64,000 nucleotides of DNA from Scenedesmus sp. PABB004 (taxonomy: Eukaryota), in assembly GCA_014905635.1 (NCBI GenBank), contig JABVCE010000002.1, positions 2,356,001-2,420,000 of the forward strand, read 5' to 3'. The notes under the pieces are model-generated. The model ran no database searches. It saw only the letters and a program-made list of their open reading frames with translations, and was not told the DNA's origin. Below are positions 1-12,709 of the stretch, piece by piece. The position numbers and the translations under genes are program-made. Position 1 is the stretch's first letter, and each line of letters begins with the position of its first letter.

Positions 1-2417
1 GGCGGCGCGGGGCCGCTGCTGCCGCTGAGCTTCTCCGACGGCATCGCTCTCGACGCGTGCGAGAGCGAGGCCGTCCCCGCCGCGTCGGAGGGCGCGTTCA
101 GCTGGCGCCTCTTCTCGCAGCTGCTCTCGTCCGAGACGCCCCACCCGGGCGCGGCCGCGCCGGCGGCCCCCGCCTCAGCGCTGGTCAGCATGGACAACGT
201 GCTCGCCAAGCTCCCGCGCAGCCGGCCGGTGCGGCTATATCCCGTCAGTACGCGCGGCGGCAGCGGCATGTGGGAGGCGGTGCAGCAGGCGTTTGCATTC
301 TTCAGCACCGGCGAGGCCGCCGTCGCGGCGGCCGCAGCGGCGGCGGCCGCGGCGGCGGGCCAGGCCGGCGGCGCCGGGGCCGGCGCGGCGGCGGCCGCCG
401 GCGCGGCGGGCGGCGCGGCGAGCAGCAGCGCGGTCGTGAGCGGCCCGCCGTACGCGATCCGCGCACTGGACCTCACGCAGCCGGCGGCGGCCAGGGCGGC
501 CGCGGCGGCGGCGGCGGAGGCGGCGCCGCAGACGCCAAGCGTTGCGGGCGACAGCCCCACGAGCGCGGGCGCGGCCGGCGCCGCGCTCACGGCCGGCGCG
601 GGCCCCGCTGGCTTCGAGGCCTTTGCCGCGGCCTACACCGCCCCCGCCGCCAGCCCGCGCACGCCCGCCGCCGCCGGCCGCGGCGGCTCGCTGGACGCCG
701 GCGGCGAGTCGCCGGCGCGCCTCCGCGGCGGCGGCGGCAGCGCGGGGCTGCGCAGCCAGCCCGCGCCGGCCGTGTCAGGGTTGAACGACATCCTGGAGAT
801 TCGCACCGACGTCACGCCCGTTCGCCTCATCAGCAAGCCCGACCGCCCGCCCGCGGCGATCGGCCCGCACGGCCCCGTGTCGGCGCCGCCGGCGCTCCTG
901 GACGCGACGCTGGACGAGCTGATGTGGAGCCAGCTCGGCGTGCAGCTCGCGCCGCCGGGCGGCGCCGGCGCCGGCGGCGGGGGCGGCGCGCGGGCCGCTG
1001 CCGGCGCAGCCGCTTGCGCCGCGGCCGCCGGCGCTGCCGGACAGCAGCGGCGGCGGCGGCGGGCTGGCGGGATTCCCAGGCCCGGCGCCGGGCAGCCCCA
1101 ACGCGGAGGCGGCGGGCGTGGCCGACCGCGTGTGGGGCAGCCTGGGCGCGGTCGTGCGCGGGCGCTCGGCCGCTGGCGCCGCCGGCAGCCGCTGCGGCGG
1201 CGGCGGCGGGACGAGCCTGTCGCCCCTGAACGACATCGTCCAGGTGCAGCGCCCGGCGCCCGGGCCGCGACGCCCAGCGGCGACAGCGGCGCGCCGCTGC
1301 TGCTCGCGGGCGGCAGCGGGCGCGTGTCGGCGGCGGCCGGCGGCGGCGGGGGCGGCCGGTTCACGAGCAGCTTCGCGGCGGCCAGCAGGGCCGGCGCGGC
1401 CCCGGCGGACGCCGGCGCCGGCGCGCCGGCTGGCGTCGAGACGCCGCGGCGGCCGGGCCCCGACGGCAGCGAGGCCGGCAGCGGCGGCAGCGGCAGCACG
1501 CAGGGCGTCGTCGGCAGCAGCGGGCGCGTGAGCTTCATGCCTGCGGCGCGCCCCGGCGGCGGCTCCTTCAGCAGCAGCAACGCCGGCAGCTGCGCGCAGC
1601 GCCTGCCGTCGACGGGCGTGCTGCCGCTGTCGCCGCCGGGCTCGCCGCCCGCGTGCGCCGCGGCGCCGGGCGAGCGCGAGTGGCTGATCGTCGACGGCCA
1701 CGCCGTGCCGATGCCAAGCAGCGCGCGCTCGGGCAGCACGGCGCACGACGACGCGGCCGCGGACGCCGACGCCGGCGGCGACGCGCAGCCGGCCCTGGGC
1801 GCCGCGGCGCTGGCGTACTGGCGCAGCCAGGGGGAGCAGCAGCCCGCCGGCGGCTTGGCCGCGGCCGCGGCGGCGCCGGGCCCCGGCGCGGGGCAGGACG
1901 CCGCGGGCGCCGAGGCGGCGCGCGCGGCGCGGCGGCGGCGGCCGCGGCCGCGGCGCGGCAGCAGCAGCTGCAGCGCTGGGCGCGCGTGCGTGCCATGTGC
2001 GCGCCCGTGGACGCCGCGTCGGCGGCCGCCGCGTTTGGTGTCCAGCCCGGCGCGCCGCGCTTTGCGCAGCCGCTGCTGGACTGCGCGACGCCGCGGGGCC
2101 AGGGCGGCGGCGACGGCGGCGGCGGGCACAGCAGCGCGGGCTGGCTGTCGAGCGCCGACGTGCCGGGCCCGAGCCTGCGCGCCTGGGGCGACGCCGCGGG
2201 CGAGCTCGGCATGGCGCCCGAGGTGCAGGCCGTGTGGTGGGGCGCCGCCGACGCGCCCGAGGTGTGGGGCGGCGCGGCGGAGGGCAGCGCGCAGGCGTAC
2301 GCGCGCTGGAGCGAGACGGTGCGCGCGCTGCTGGACGGCGGCGCCGCGGAGCGCGCGCTGCGCGCGTGGCACGAGCAGCGCGCCTTCACCGCGCCGGTTG
2401 TCATCGGCGCGGCGTGA
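1..2417 (+). CDS. 3' part of an uncharacterised, Ala/Gly/Ser-rich protein; starts before the window and has apparent frameshifts
   Basis: Protein-like segments (LSFSDGIALDACESE..., MDNVLAKLPRSRPVRLYPVS, WEAVQQAFAFF, WLIVDGHAVPM, WSETVRALLDGGAAERALRAWHEQRAFTAPVVIGAA*) switch frames near 980-1040, ~1262 and ~1930; TGA ends at 2417. Confidence 0.55.
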
Positions 2418-2744
2418 GCGCGGCGCGTGAGCGTGAGAGGCTGAGGGCGAGCGTATTCGTGTGGCAGGCTGAGGGTGATCGAGCAAGCTGGTTTGGCAGC
2501 GCGTCGGCAGCGGTTTGAGCAGCGGCGCCGTGCTCGCGGCGGGTGACACACGCTCGCCGGCGTCCCGGGGCCCTCATTAGCAATTAGGGCGGCGCCTAGG
2601 AACTCAACGCGATCCGGGGCCGAACTGCACGCTCACGCGGGGGCCGGCGCGACGGCGGGCAGCGCTGGCAACGCAACCGCCGGCGGCGATGCGGCGGCTG
2701 CAGGCGCGCGCCCAAGGCCGCAGCGTGCGCCATAGCTCTGCCGC

Positions 2745-3686
2745 ATGATAGCTCTGCCACGCCCCCGCTGCATCCGACCTGAGCTCCGCGCCCGCTCGCA
2801 GGCTCTGCTGGTGCTGGCGCTCGCCGCTGCCGCCGCAGCGACCGCGGCCGCGTTCTTTCCGCTGCCCCACACCTGCCCGAACGTGCCCACTCCTCAGTGT
2901 CACCACGGGTGCGTGGTCGTCGGTGCCAGGTCCATCGGCGTGCGGCTCGGTCAGCGGCCGCCAGGTCGGTCAGCTGGCTGACGCCTGGCTGCTCCGCTCA
3001 GCAGGCGGCGCGCAGGGGCGAGCGCCGCCGACGCGCCGCCGGCGGCCTGGGAGACCCCGCCGGAGGCGCAGGCGGCGATCACGGCCCGCCTGCGAGCTGC
3101 GCTGCTGGCTGCGGAGGCGGACGAGGCGGACGAGCACGATGACTACGACAACGACGGCGCGCTCGACGAAAACAATGCAGAGCTGACAGACGAGGGCGAG
3201 ACCGCGGCAGACCTAGAGACGAATGACGACGATGGCGCACAGGCCGGCGCCGACCTTCTGGCGCGCGTCGACGCTGCGTTTGCGGGCGAGGTCGGGGCCG
3301 CCTGGCCCCGCGGCGACCAGGGCGGCGCGCCGGCGGCCGCCCGCGGCGGCCACACTCCCCGCAGCCAGGTGCTGCGGCGTCTGCGCTTCGTCGGCAGCGA
3401 CAAGCTGCGCGTCGGCCTCGACATGGCGCGCGGCGGCACGATCAGCTGGCTGTCGTCTGGGGCCATGCCGGCGCCCTGGCGCGGCGCCAACCTGGTCAAC
3501 ACGTGGGACCAGGGCCGCCTGCTGCAGCAGTCGTTCTACGGCTGCGTCGACGGCTCCTGCTGGGCGACGCGGCCGTGGCTGTACAACCCGGTGCAGGGCG
3601 GCAGCTGGACAAACGCGCCCGGCGCGACGAAGCGCCGCAGCGTGGCGGCGCACGCGGCGTCCGTGAGCGGCCACCCCAGGCGCGCC

Positions 3687-3745
<59 letters not shown>

Positions 3746-4589
3746 CGGGCGCGCTCGCACGGCGGCAGCGCCGCGCGGGGCGCTCACCTCCCGCCGCGCC
3801 GCCCGCGTGCGCCAGGAACTGGGGCGGCGGCGAGCTGCTGCGCGAGGTGGTGATGCGCGCCGCCGTGTCGGTGCCGCGGGGGCGGCGCTACGCGCGCGTC
3901 GACTTTGCGGTGCGCTACAGCGGCGGCGTGACCCACCCCTACATGACGCAGGAGGTCCCCGCGGTCTTTGTCGACCGCCGGCTCAGCGTGCTCGCCTACT
4001 ATGCCGGCGCGCGGCCGTGGGCGCGCGACCCAAACGTCACTTTTGCGTTCCCTGGCGCCGCCAACATGTATGCGCCCACGACCGAGCGCTGGGCGGCGTG
4101 GCTGGACCCGGTCAGCGGCTGGGGCGTCGGCGTATTCGCGCCCTCCGCCTGGCTCGGCATCACCGCGTACCGCGTGGGCCCCGACGGCAGCACGGCGCCC
4201 TGGGACTGCAGGCGCGCGCCGCGCGCGCAACGCAACGCGCCGGCAGGCGGCGGCGGCGCGCGCGCGCTCACACCGCCCCCACCGCGCCGCCCGCGTGCAG
4301 CTACTTTGCGCACACGGTCCGCCTGCAGCTGCATCCAGGCCTCCAGGACGAGCCGTATCGTTACACTGTCTATCTGGCGGTCGGGCGGCTGCCGGAGATG
4401 CGGGCCACGTTTGCGCGCCTCGCGGCGGCGGAGCGGCGGCGGAGCAGGGGTGGGCGGGCGCACGCGTGGGTCGAGGCGCGCGCGGGCGAGCCCCCGGGGC
4501 CGGTGCCTGGGCAGCCGCACCTCGGACACGGCGGCGGGCCGTGGGGGCATGACGGCAGCAGCGCCGGAGCCGGCGCGAGCGAGCAGTGA
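2745..4589 (+). CDS. Uncharacterised secreted protein, paralog A (NLVNTWDQGRLLQQSFYG / YNPVQGGSW domain), 4 exons
   Basis: Hydrophobic signal segment [15 protein letters not shown], an acidic linker, then the conserved domain. Introns at ~2909-3001/3004 (GT), 3680-3815 (GC) and 4212-4300 (GC) keep the frame and match paralog B at the latter two positions. Confidence 0.75.
3689..3740. repeat. Poly-G tract (52 nt) inside an intron
   Basis: Seen directly; the length is probably unreliable in the assembly. Confidence 0.9.
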
Positions 4590-5387
4590 AGCAGGGAGCG
4601 CACGAAGAAAACCACCACACCTGAAGAATGCACTTGAACCCAGTTGTTTTGCTTTTTTGTTTGTGATGAACGCAAGCGCACTAAACCAGATCAGGAGGAG
4701 AGCGCATCAGGAGTAGCAGGCACAGCCACCTTTCGGCAAGGTTTTGACACACGCGCCCCGCTGCGGCAGCGGCAGCGGTGGGCACCACCTGCACTGGGAC
4801 CTGTTTGTTGTTGCGGGCCAACCGCGCGTGGGCGGGGGCGCGCTGAACCAGATCAGGGTAGTCAGGAAGCGCATCAGGAGCGGTAGGCACAGCCAGTTTT
4901 TGAGCAGGGAGAGCGCCGCGGCGACGGCGGCGGCGCGGCGGCAGCGGTGGGCGGCCGGACGCGGCGGCGCCGTTGGTGGCCGCACTGGCCCCGCAGTGGC
5001 GGGATCGGAGGTGGGGGGGGGGCCTGCGGGCCTCGGGCGAGGCCGCGGCCGGCTGCGTCGTTTGACTGCCCAACAACTTGCCCGGCCACGGCGCTCACGA
5101 CGCGCTCCCTTCGTCCACGCGCTCGATCTTCGCCCAGAGTCGCTCTCGGGGCCCCGTTCGAGCCGCTGCGCGCCCTGCGCGGCACAGCCCGCCGCCGAAA
5201 GCCAAGCGCCGCCGGCGCTGCTGTGGGCGCCGATCAGCCGCCCAGTGCGCGCAGGTTTGCGCATCGACGACCGCTGCGACTGCTGCAGGCACGCAGGTGG
5301 TCAGGCGGCCTGGCCGGCGTCGCCGGCGGCGCAGCAGCAGCGCCGCACCACGCTGCCCCGCCGCGCCGCGCGCCGCCGCAGCCGGCC

Positions 5388-7887
5388 ATGGCTCCGCGCT
5401 GGCTGGCCCTGGGGGTGCTCCTGGCGCTGCCCCTCGCAGCCTCACAGTTTCTGGCCACCACCTGCCCCAAGTTCTCCCCCGCGCGCTGCCCCGGGTGCGA
5501 GCGCTGCCCGCCGGCAGGCGCGCGCGCGGGGCGCCGCACGCGTGCAGGCGCGCGCGCGCCCGCCGCGACCGAACCCGCCGCTCCTGGCAACGCGCACAGG
5601 CAGTGTGCGGCGAGCCGCGCGACGAGGTCAACGTACGCCACGTGCGCCGGCCAGCAGTGCCGCAGCCTGGCGGACGCGGCGCAGCGCGGCGGCTGGGACG
5701 GCGAGGGCGTGCCCCAGCGCGTGCTGCCGGTCGGCAGCGGCGACGTGCCGGCGGAGACCCCATCACAGCAGGCGGCCATCGTGGCGCGGCTGCAGGCGAT
5801 GCTGGCCGCCGACGCCGCGCCCGGCGGCAACGCGAGCGCGGCGTCGGCACCCGCGGCGCCGCCGCCGGGCGGCGCGCGCCGCCCGGCGGCGCGGCAGCTG
5901 CACGCGGCCGCCGCGGCCAGCGACCCGGCGAGCCAGGTCGTGAGGAACCTCACATTCCTGGACAACGGCAAGCTTCGCATCGGCCTCGACATGGCGCGCG
6001 GCGGCACGATCAGCTGGCTGTCGTCTGGGGCCATGCCGGCGCCCTGGCGCGGCGCCAACCTGGTCAACACGTGGGACCAGGGCCGCCTGCTGCAGCAGTC
6101 GTTCTACGGCTGCGTCGACGGCTCCTGCTGGGCGACGCGGCCGTGGCTGTACAACCCGGTGCAGGGCGGCAGCTGGACAAACGCGCCCGGCGCGACCGCC
6201 AAGCAGGCGGTCACGCCCGGCAAGCGCATCTACGTCGAGGGCACCCCCAGGCGAGCACGCCGCGCAGCAGCGCCACGGCCCAGGCCGGGCGCTGGAGACC
6301 CCCAGCGGGCGGCTGCAGCACGCCGCGCCGCTCGCATGTGCCGCGCGCCGTGGTGAGACCCGCGCACCGCGCGCGTGCGCGCGCAGGAACTGGGGCGGCG
6401 GGCAGCTGATCCCGGAGGTGCGCCTCACCTCGGACGTGACGCTGGCAGACAACGTGGCGGTCGTGCGCTTCGCGGTGCGTTACAGCGGCGGCGTGACCCA
6501 CCCCTACATGACGCAGGAGGTCCCCGCGGTCTTTGTCGACCGCCGGCTCAGCGTGCTTGCCTACTACGCCGGCGCAGCGCCCTGGACCGGCGGGGCGCTG
6601 AGCTACGCCTTCCCGCCCGGCCGCAACATCTACGCCCGCCCGACCGAGTTCTGGGCGGCGTTCGTCGACCCGGTCAGCGGCTGGGGCGTCGGCGTGTTCA
6701 CGCCGGCCGCGTGGCATGGCATCACGTCGTACCGCGTCGGCCCCGACGGCAGCACGGCGCGCTGGGACTGCAGGCGCGCGCGCCGCGCGCCGCGGGGCGC
6801 CGGCAGGCGGCATTGCGGCGGCGGCGCGCCTGCGCTCACGCCGCCCGCGCCGCGCCGCCCGCGCGCAGCTACTTTGCGCACACGATTCGCCTCCAGCTGC
6901 ATCCAGGCATGAAGCAGTACAATTACACATCCTACATCACGGTGTGCTGTGCTTTTATCTTGCGCGGGAGGGCGCCGCCGGCTCGCGCAGCACGCCCCGC
7001 GGAAGCGCCACGTCACGGGCGTGCTGAGCACGCGCGCGCGCGCCGCCGCCGTCGCCGCGCAGGTCGGCCGGCTGGCCGACATCCGGGCGACGTTCAACCG
7101 CCTGCGCCAGCAGCCCGGCGTGCTGGCGACGACCAAGACGGGCGCGCCGGCGCCGCCGGCGCAGGGCCCGCTCGGCCAGACGCCGGGGCAGCCCGACCTG
7201 GGGCGCAACGCCTGGTTTGGCAGCGCCGCCAACTATAGCGCATTCAGCAACGTCATACTCCCCGCCCCCACCGCCATCACCCCGCCCGCGCCCAGGCCGC
7301 CGGCCGCGCCGGCCGGCGCCGCGCCAGCGGGCGCGGCGGCGGCCGACGCGCCGGCCGCTGACGCCAGCGCCGGCGCCGCGGCCGCCGACGGCCGCGTGGA
7401 GGAGGCGACCAGCGAGCCGGGCGCCCCGCCGCCGGCGCCTCCCGCGCCTGGCGCGCCTGCTGGCCCCGCCGCCGCCGAGGAGGAGGCGCGGGGCACCAAC
7501 ACGGGCGTCGTCGCGTGCGTCGCGATCGCCGCGTTTGCCGGCGTGGTGCTCGTGGCGGGCGTGGGCGTCACGCTCGCGCGGGCCAAGCGCGAGGCGGCCG
7601 AGGCCGCCGTGCAGCGGGCGGTCGACCAGCAGCGCCAGGCGGGGCAGCTCTCGCCGGGCGCCAGCCGCCGCGCGCTGGCGGCCAGCCGCAGCCTGACGTC
7701 CAGCCGCGCCTCGCGCGGCCGCAGCGACGGCGGCTCGCCCAGCTCGCCGGCGGCCGCGGCGCTGTGGGAGGAGGGCGCCGCCGTGGAGGTGTCGCCGGGG
7801 CCCCAGACGCGTGGCAAGGCGGCGCTGGCCAAGGCCGAGGCGGAGCTGGGCAGCGGAGCGGCGGGCGCCGCCGCCGCCCGCGAGTGA
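5388..7887 (+). CDS. Uncharacterised type I membrane/surface protein, paralog B, with a Pro/Ala stalk and C-terminal TM helix
   Basis: Signal peptide MAPRWLALGVLLALPLAASQ; Cys-rich N-terminus; same domain as paralog A; TM GVVACVAIAAFAGVVLVAGVGVTLA. Introns at ~5518-5599, 6251-6387 and 6774-6868 (GC donors) and 6942-7062 (GT). Confidence 0.8.
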
Positions 7888-8300
7888 CCTTGCGCCTGGG
7901 ACTGGCTTGATCGAGCACCGCGCGCTGATTTGATTCCTCTTATATGATGCACGCAACCCAACCGACCGAGTTGATGAGCCCGCGCACCAGCGGGCGAGCG
8001 CGCCTGTTGTCGGCGGCGCCCGGCGCGCGACGGTGCTGTTGCTGGCGCGCGGCGTGAGCGCGAGCGGGCGGCACGGCCGCACGCGGGTGTGTTCACACAG
8101 CAGCAGGACCACCGGCCTGCTGGAACTGCCGCGCTCGCCCCGTGCCTGCATTGGCCAGCCGCCAACACCAACGGCACTCGACGGTCCGAACCGAGAGAAA
8201 GCGCCCCTGCAGTGTCCGCCCCGCCCCTTTGCCCCGCCCGCCCGCCCGCCCCCAGCCGCGCCGGCCGCGCCGCACGCCCCCGCCGCCACGGGGCGCGCGC

Positions 8301-9251
8301 CTACCTGCGCCCGCGGGCGCCCTTGGGCCCGGCGCCGCCGCGCACGAAGGCCCAGCTGATGCTGATCGCCTGCCCAAGCAGCTCGGTGCCGTCGAGGGCC
8401 TTGATCGCCTCGCGCGCCTCCTTCTCGGTCCCATACTCAATGAGCGCGTAGCCCTTGACGTACCCCGTCTGGCGGTCCAGGTTGAGGTACACGTTCTTGA
8501 CGTCGCCGTAGTCGGCAAACGCCTCCGCCACGTCCTCCTCCTGCGCCTGCGAAGCGGGCGCGGCGGCGCGGGAGGGAGAGGGAGCGGCCGCGGCGCGTGG
8601 GCGGGGCGTGCCGGGCGAGCGAGCAGCGCAGCGCGGCGCGCACGGCGGCGGGCCCTGCGAGCCGTGGGCCTCGCTGCCGGCCGGGGCCTTGCTGCCGCAC
8701 GGGTGCCACCAGCCGCGGGCGCACGCGTGCGGCCCGCGCCGCCGCCCGCCCCGGCGCCGCGGGCCGCCGCTGCTGCGTGCCGGCCGGCGCGGCGCGGCGG
8801 CTGCACGGCGCGCCGATCGCCGCGTCCCGCGCCGCCAGCGTCTCCGGCTGCGCTGGCGCTGTCCCGCGCTGCGGCGGCCGCCGCATGCCCCGCGCCGGCC
8901 GCGCGCGCGCCGCAGCAGCGGCGGCGCGCCGCGCCGACGGCTGCCGCCGCGCCGGCGCCGCGGCGCGCCTGATCCGCCCGCCCGCCCGCTCCCGGGAGTA
9001 GGGGGCCTCACCTCCTCGTGCAGGCCGGTCACGAAGAGCACCCAGCCCTCCACAGACTTGGCCGGCCCGCTCTCGCCCGCGGCGCCCTCCAGCGCCTCGT
9101 AGCGCGCGTTGCCGCCCTCCTCCTCGCGCTCGTCAGCGCGGAAGCCGCGGCCCTTGCGCTTGCCGTCGGCGCCGGGCGCCACCACCGCGCTGCGGACGCC
9201 GCGCGCCGGCTGCTGCTCGCCCTCGTCCATGCGGTCTTCCTGATCCGACAT
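8301..9251 (-). CDS. RBM8A: RNA-binding protein 8A / Y14, exon junction complex RRM subunit
   Basis: KRKGRGF, GPAKSVEGWVLFVTGLHEE|AQEED, NLDRQTGYVKGYALIEY; single GT-AG intron 9011-8547. Confidence 0.95.
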   Translation of the reverse strand: MSDQEDRMDEGEQQPARGVRSAVVAPGADGKRKGRGFRADEREEEGGNARYEALEGAAGESGPAKSVEGWVLFVTGLHEEVRPPTPGSGRAGGSGAPRRRRGGSRRRGAPPLLRRARGRRGACGGRRSAGQRQRSRRRWRRGTRRSARRAAAAPRRPARSSGGPRRRGGRRRGPHACARGWWHPCGSKAPAGSEAHGSQGPPPCAPRCAARSPGTPRPRAAAAPSPSRAAAPASQAQEEDVAEAFADYGDVKNVYLNLDRQTGYVKGYALIEYGTEKEAREAIKALDGTELLGQAISISWAFVRGGAGPKGARGRR

Positions 9252-9639
9252 GGCGCCGCCGGCCGCGCGCCGCCCCCTGCGCCCCTTGGGAGACCCGCCT
9301 TTGCTGCTGCTACTGATTGGCGGGCCCTGGCGTGCGGGTGCTGGGCGGTGCGGTCCGGGGGCTGCGCCTGGGCGTGCCGCGAGCGGTGTGGCAGCGGCCA
9401 GGCGGGGCTGCCGGGCCGGCGCTGGTTGCCGTCGCTTCCGCTGCTGCGTTGCGCCGCCGCTTGCACCGCCGCGCGCAACGCGCGCCCGCGCGACGCGCGC
9501 CAGCACTGCCCGGCAGCCCCTGCTGGGGGGCTGCAGCGACCAGGTGACCAGCACAGCTCACGCCGCCGCACCCGCGCGGGGGGGCTGCCAATGCGGCGGC
9601 GCCCCAAGGGAAAAGTGCAGTGCGCTCTCGAGCGCCGCG

Positions 9640-12027
<2,388 letters not shown>

Positions 12028-12709
12028 GGCGGCTGAGCTTCGCCCCGAGACTGCGGCGGGGGCGCGGGGCGGGGGCAATTGGCCGCGCGCGGGCTGCGGG
12101 CTGCCGCTGCTGCCGCCGCCGTCGCTGCCGGCGCGCCGGGCACGCGTGGGTGGCAAAGCCCGCGACCAGGGTCCGCCTGTGCTGCCCGAACCGCGGCCTG
12201 CACCGACCGCCTCGCGCCGCAGTGCGCCGCGACGCTGCTGCGCCAGCCTCTCTCACGGGCGCGACGGCGCGCGCGCTCTGCCGTGGAGGAGCGGGCCCAC
12301 CTGAATGCGCCGAGTGCGCGCGCGCGCGTCGGCGCTCGATCGGCGTGCTTCGCGAGGGGCCGCGCCTGCTGCTGCTGCTGCTGCTGCCACGCGCGCCGTT
12401 TCGCGCTCGTGCGTCGGTGAGCAGGTCCGGCGGTGACAACGCAGCCGGCGGCGGCCGGGTCGGCCACGCGGCGGCGGCGCGGGGCGCAGCGCGAGACCGC
12501 GCCGCCCCTGCGACGCACCGCGCGGCCCGCCCATCCGCCCGCCACTGCGGTCGTCACGCCGGGCGCGATCGCCGCCGCCCCGCGGGAGGCCGGCCCCGCG
12601 CGGTCCGCTGCCGCTGCGCGGCGCGCTGCCCGCCCGTGCAAGCAAGCTGCGCGCCCGGCAGCCGCCGATCCCGCTGATCCAGCGCCCGGCGGCGCCGCCG
12701 CCGGCAGCC

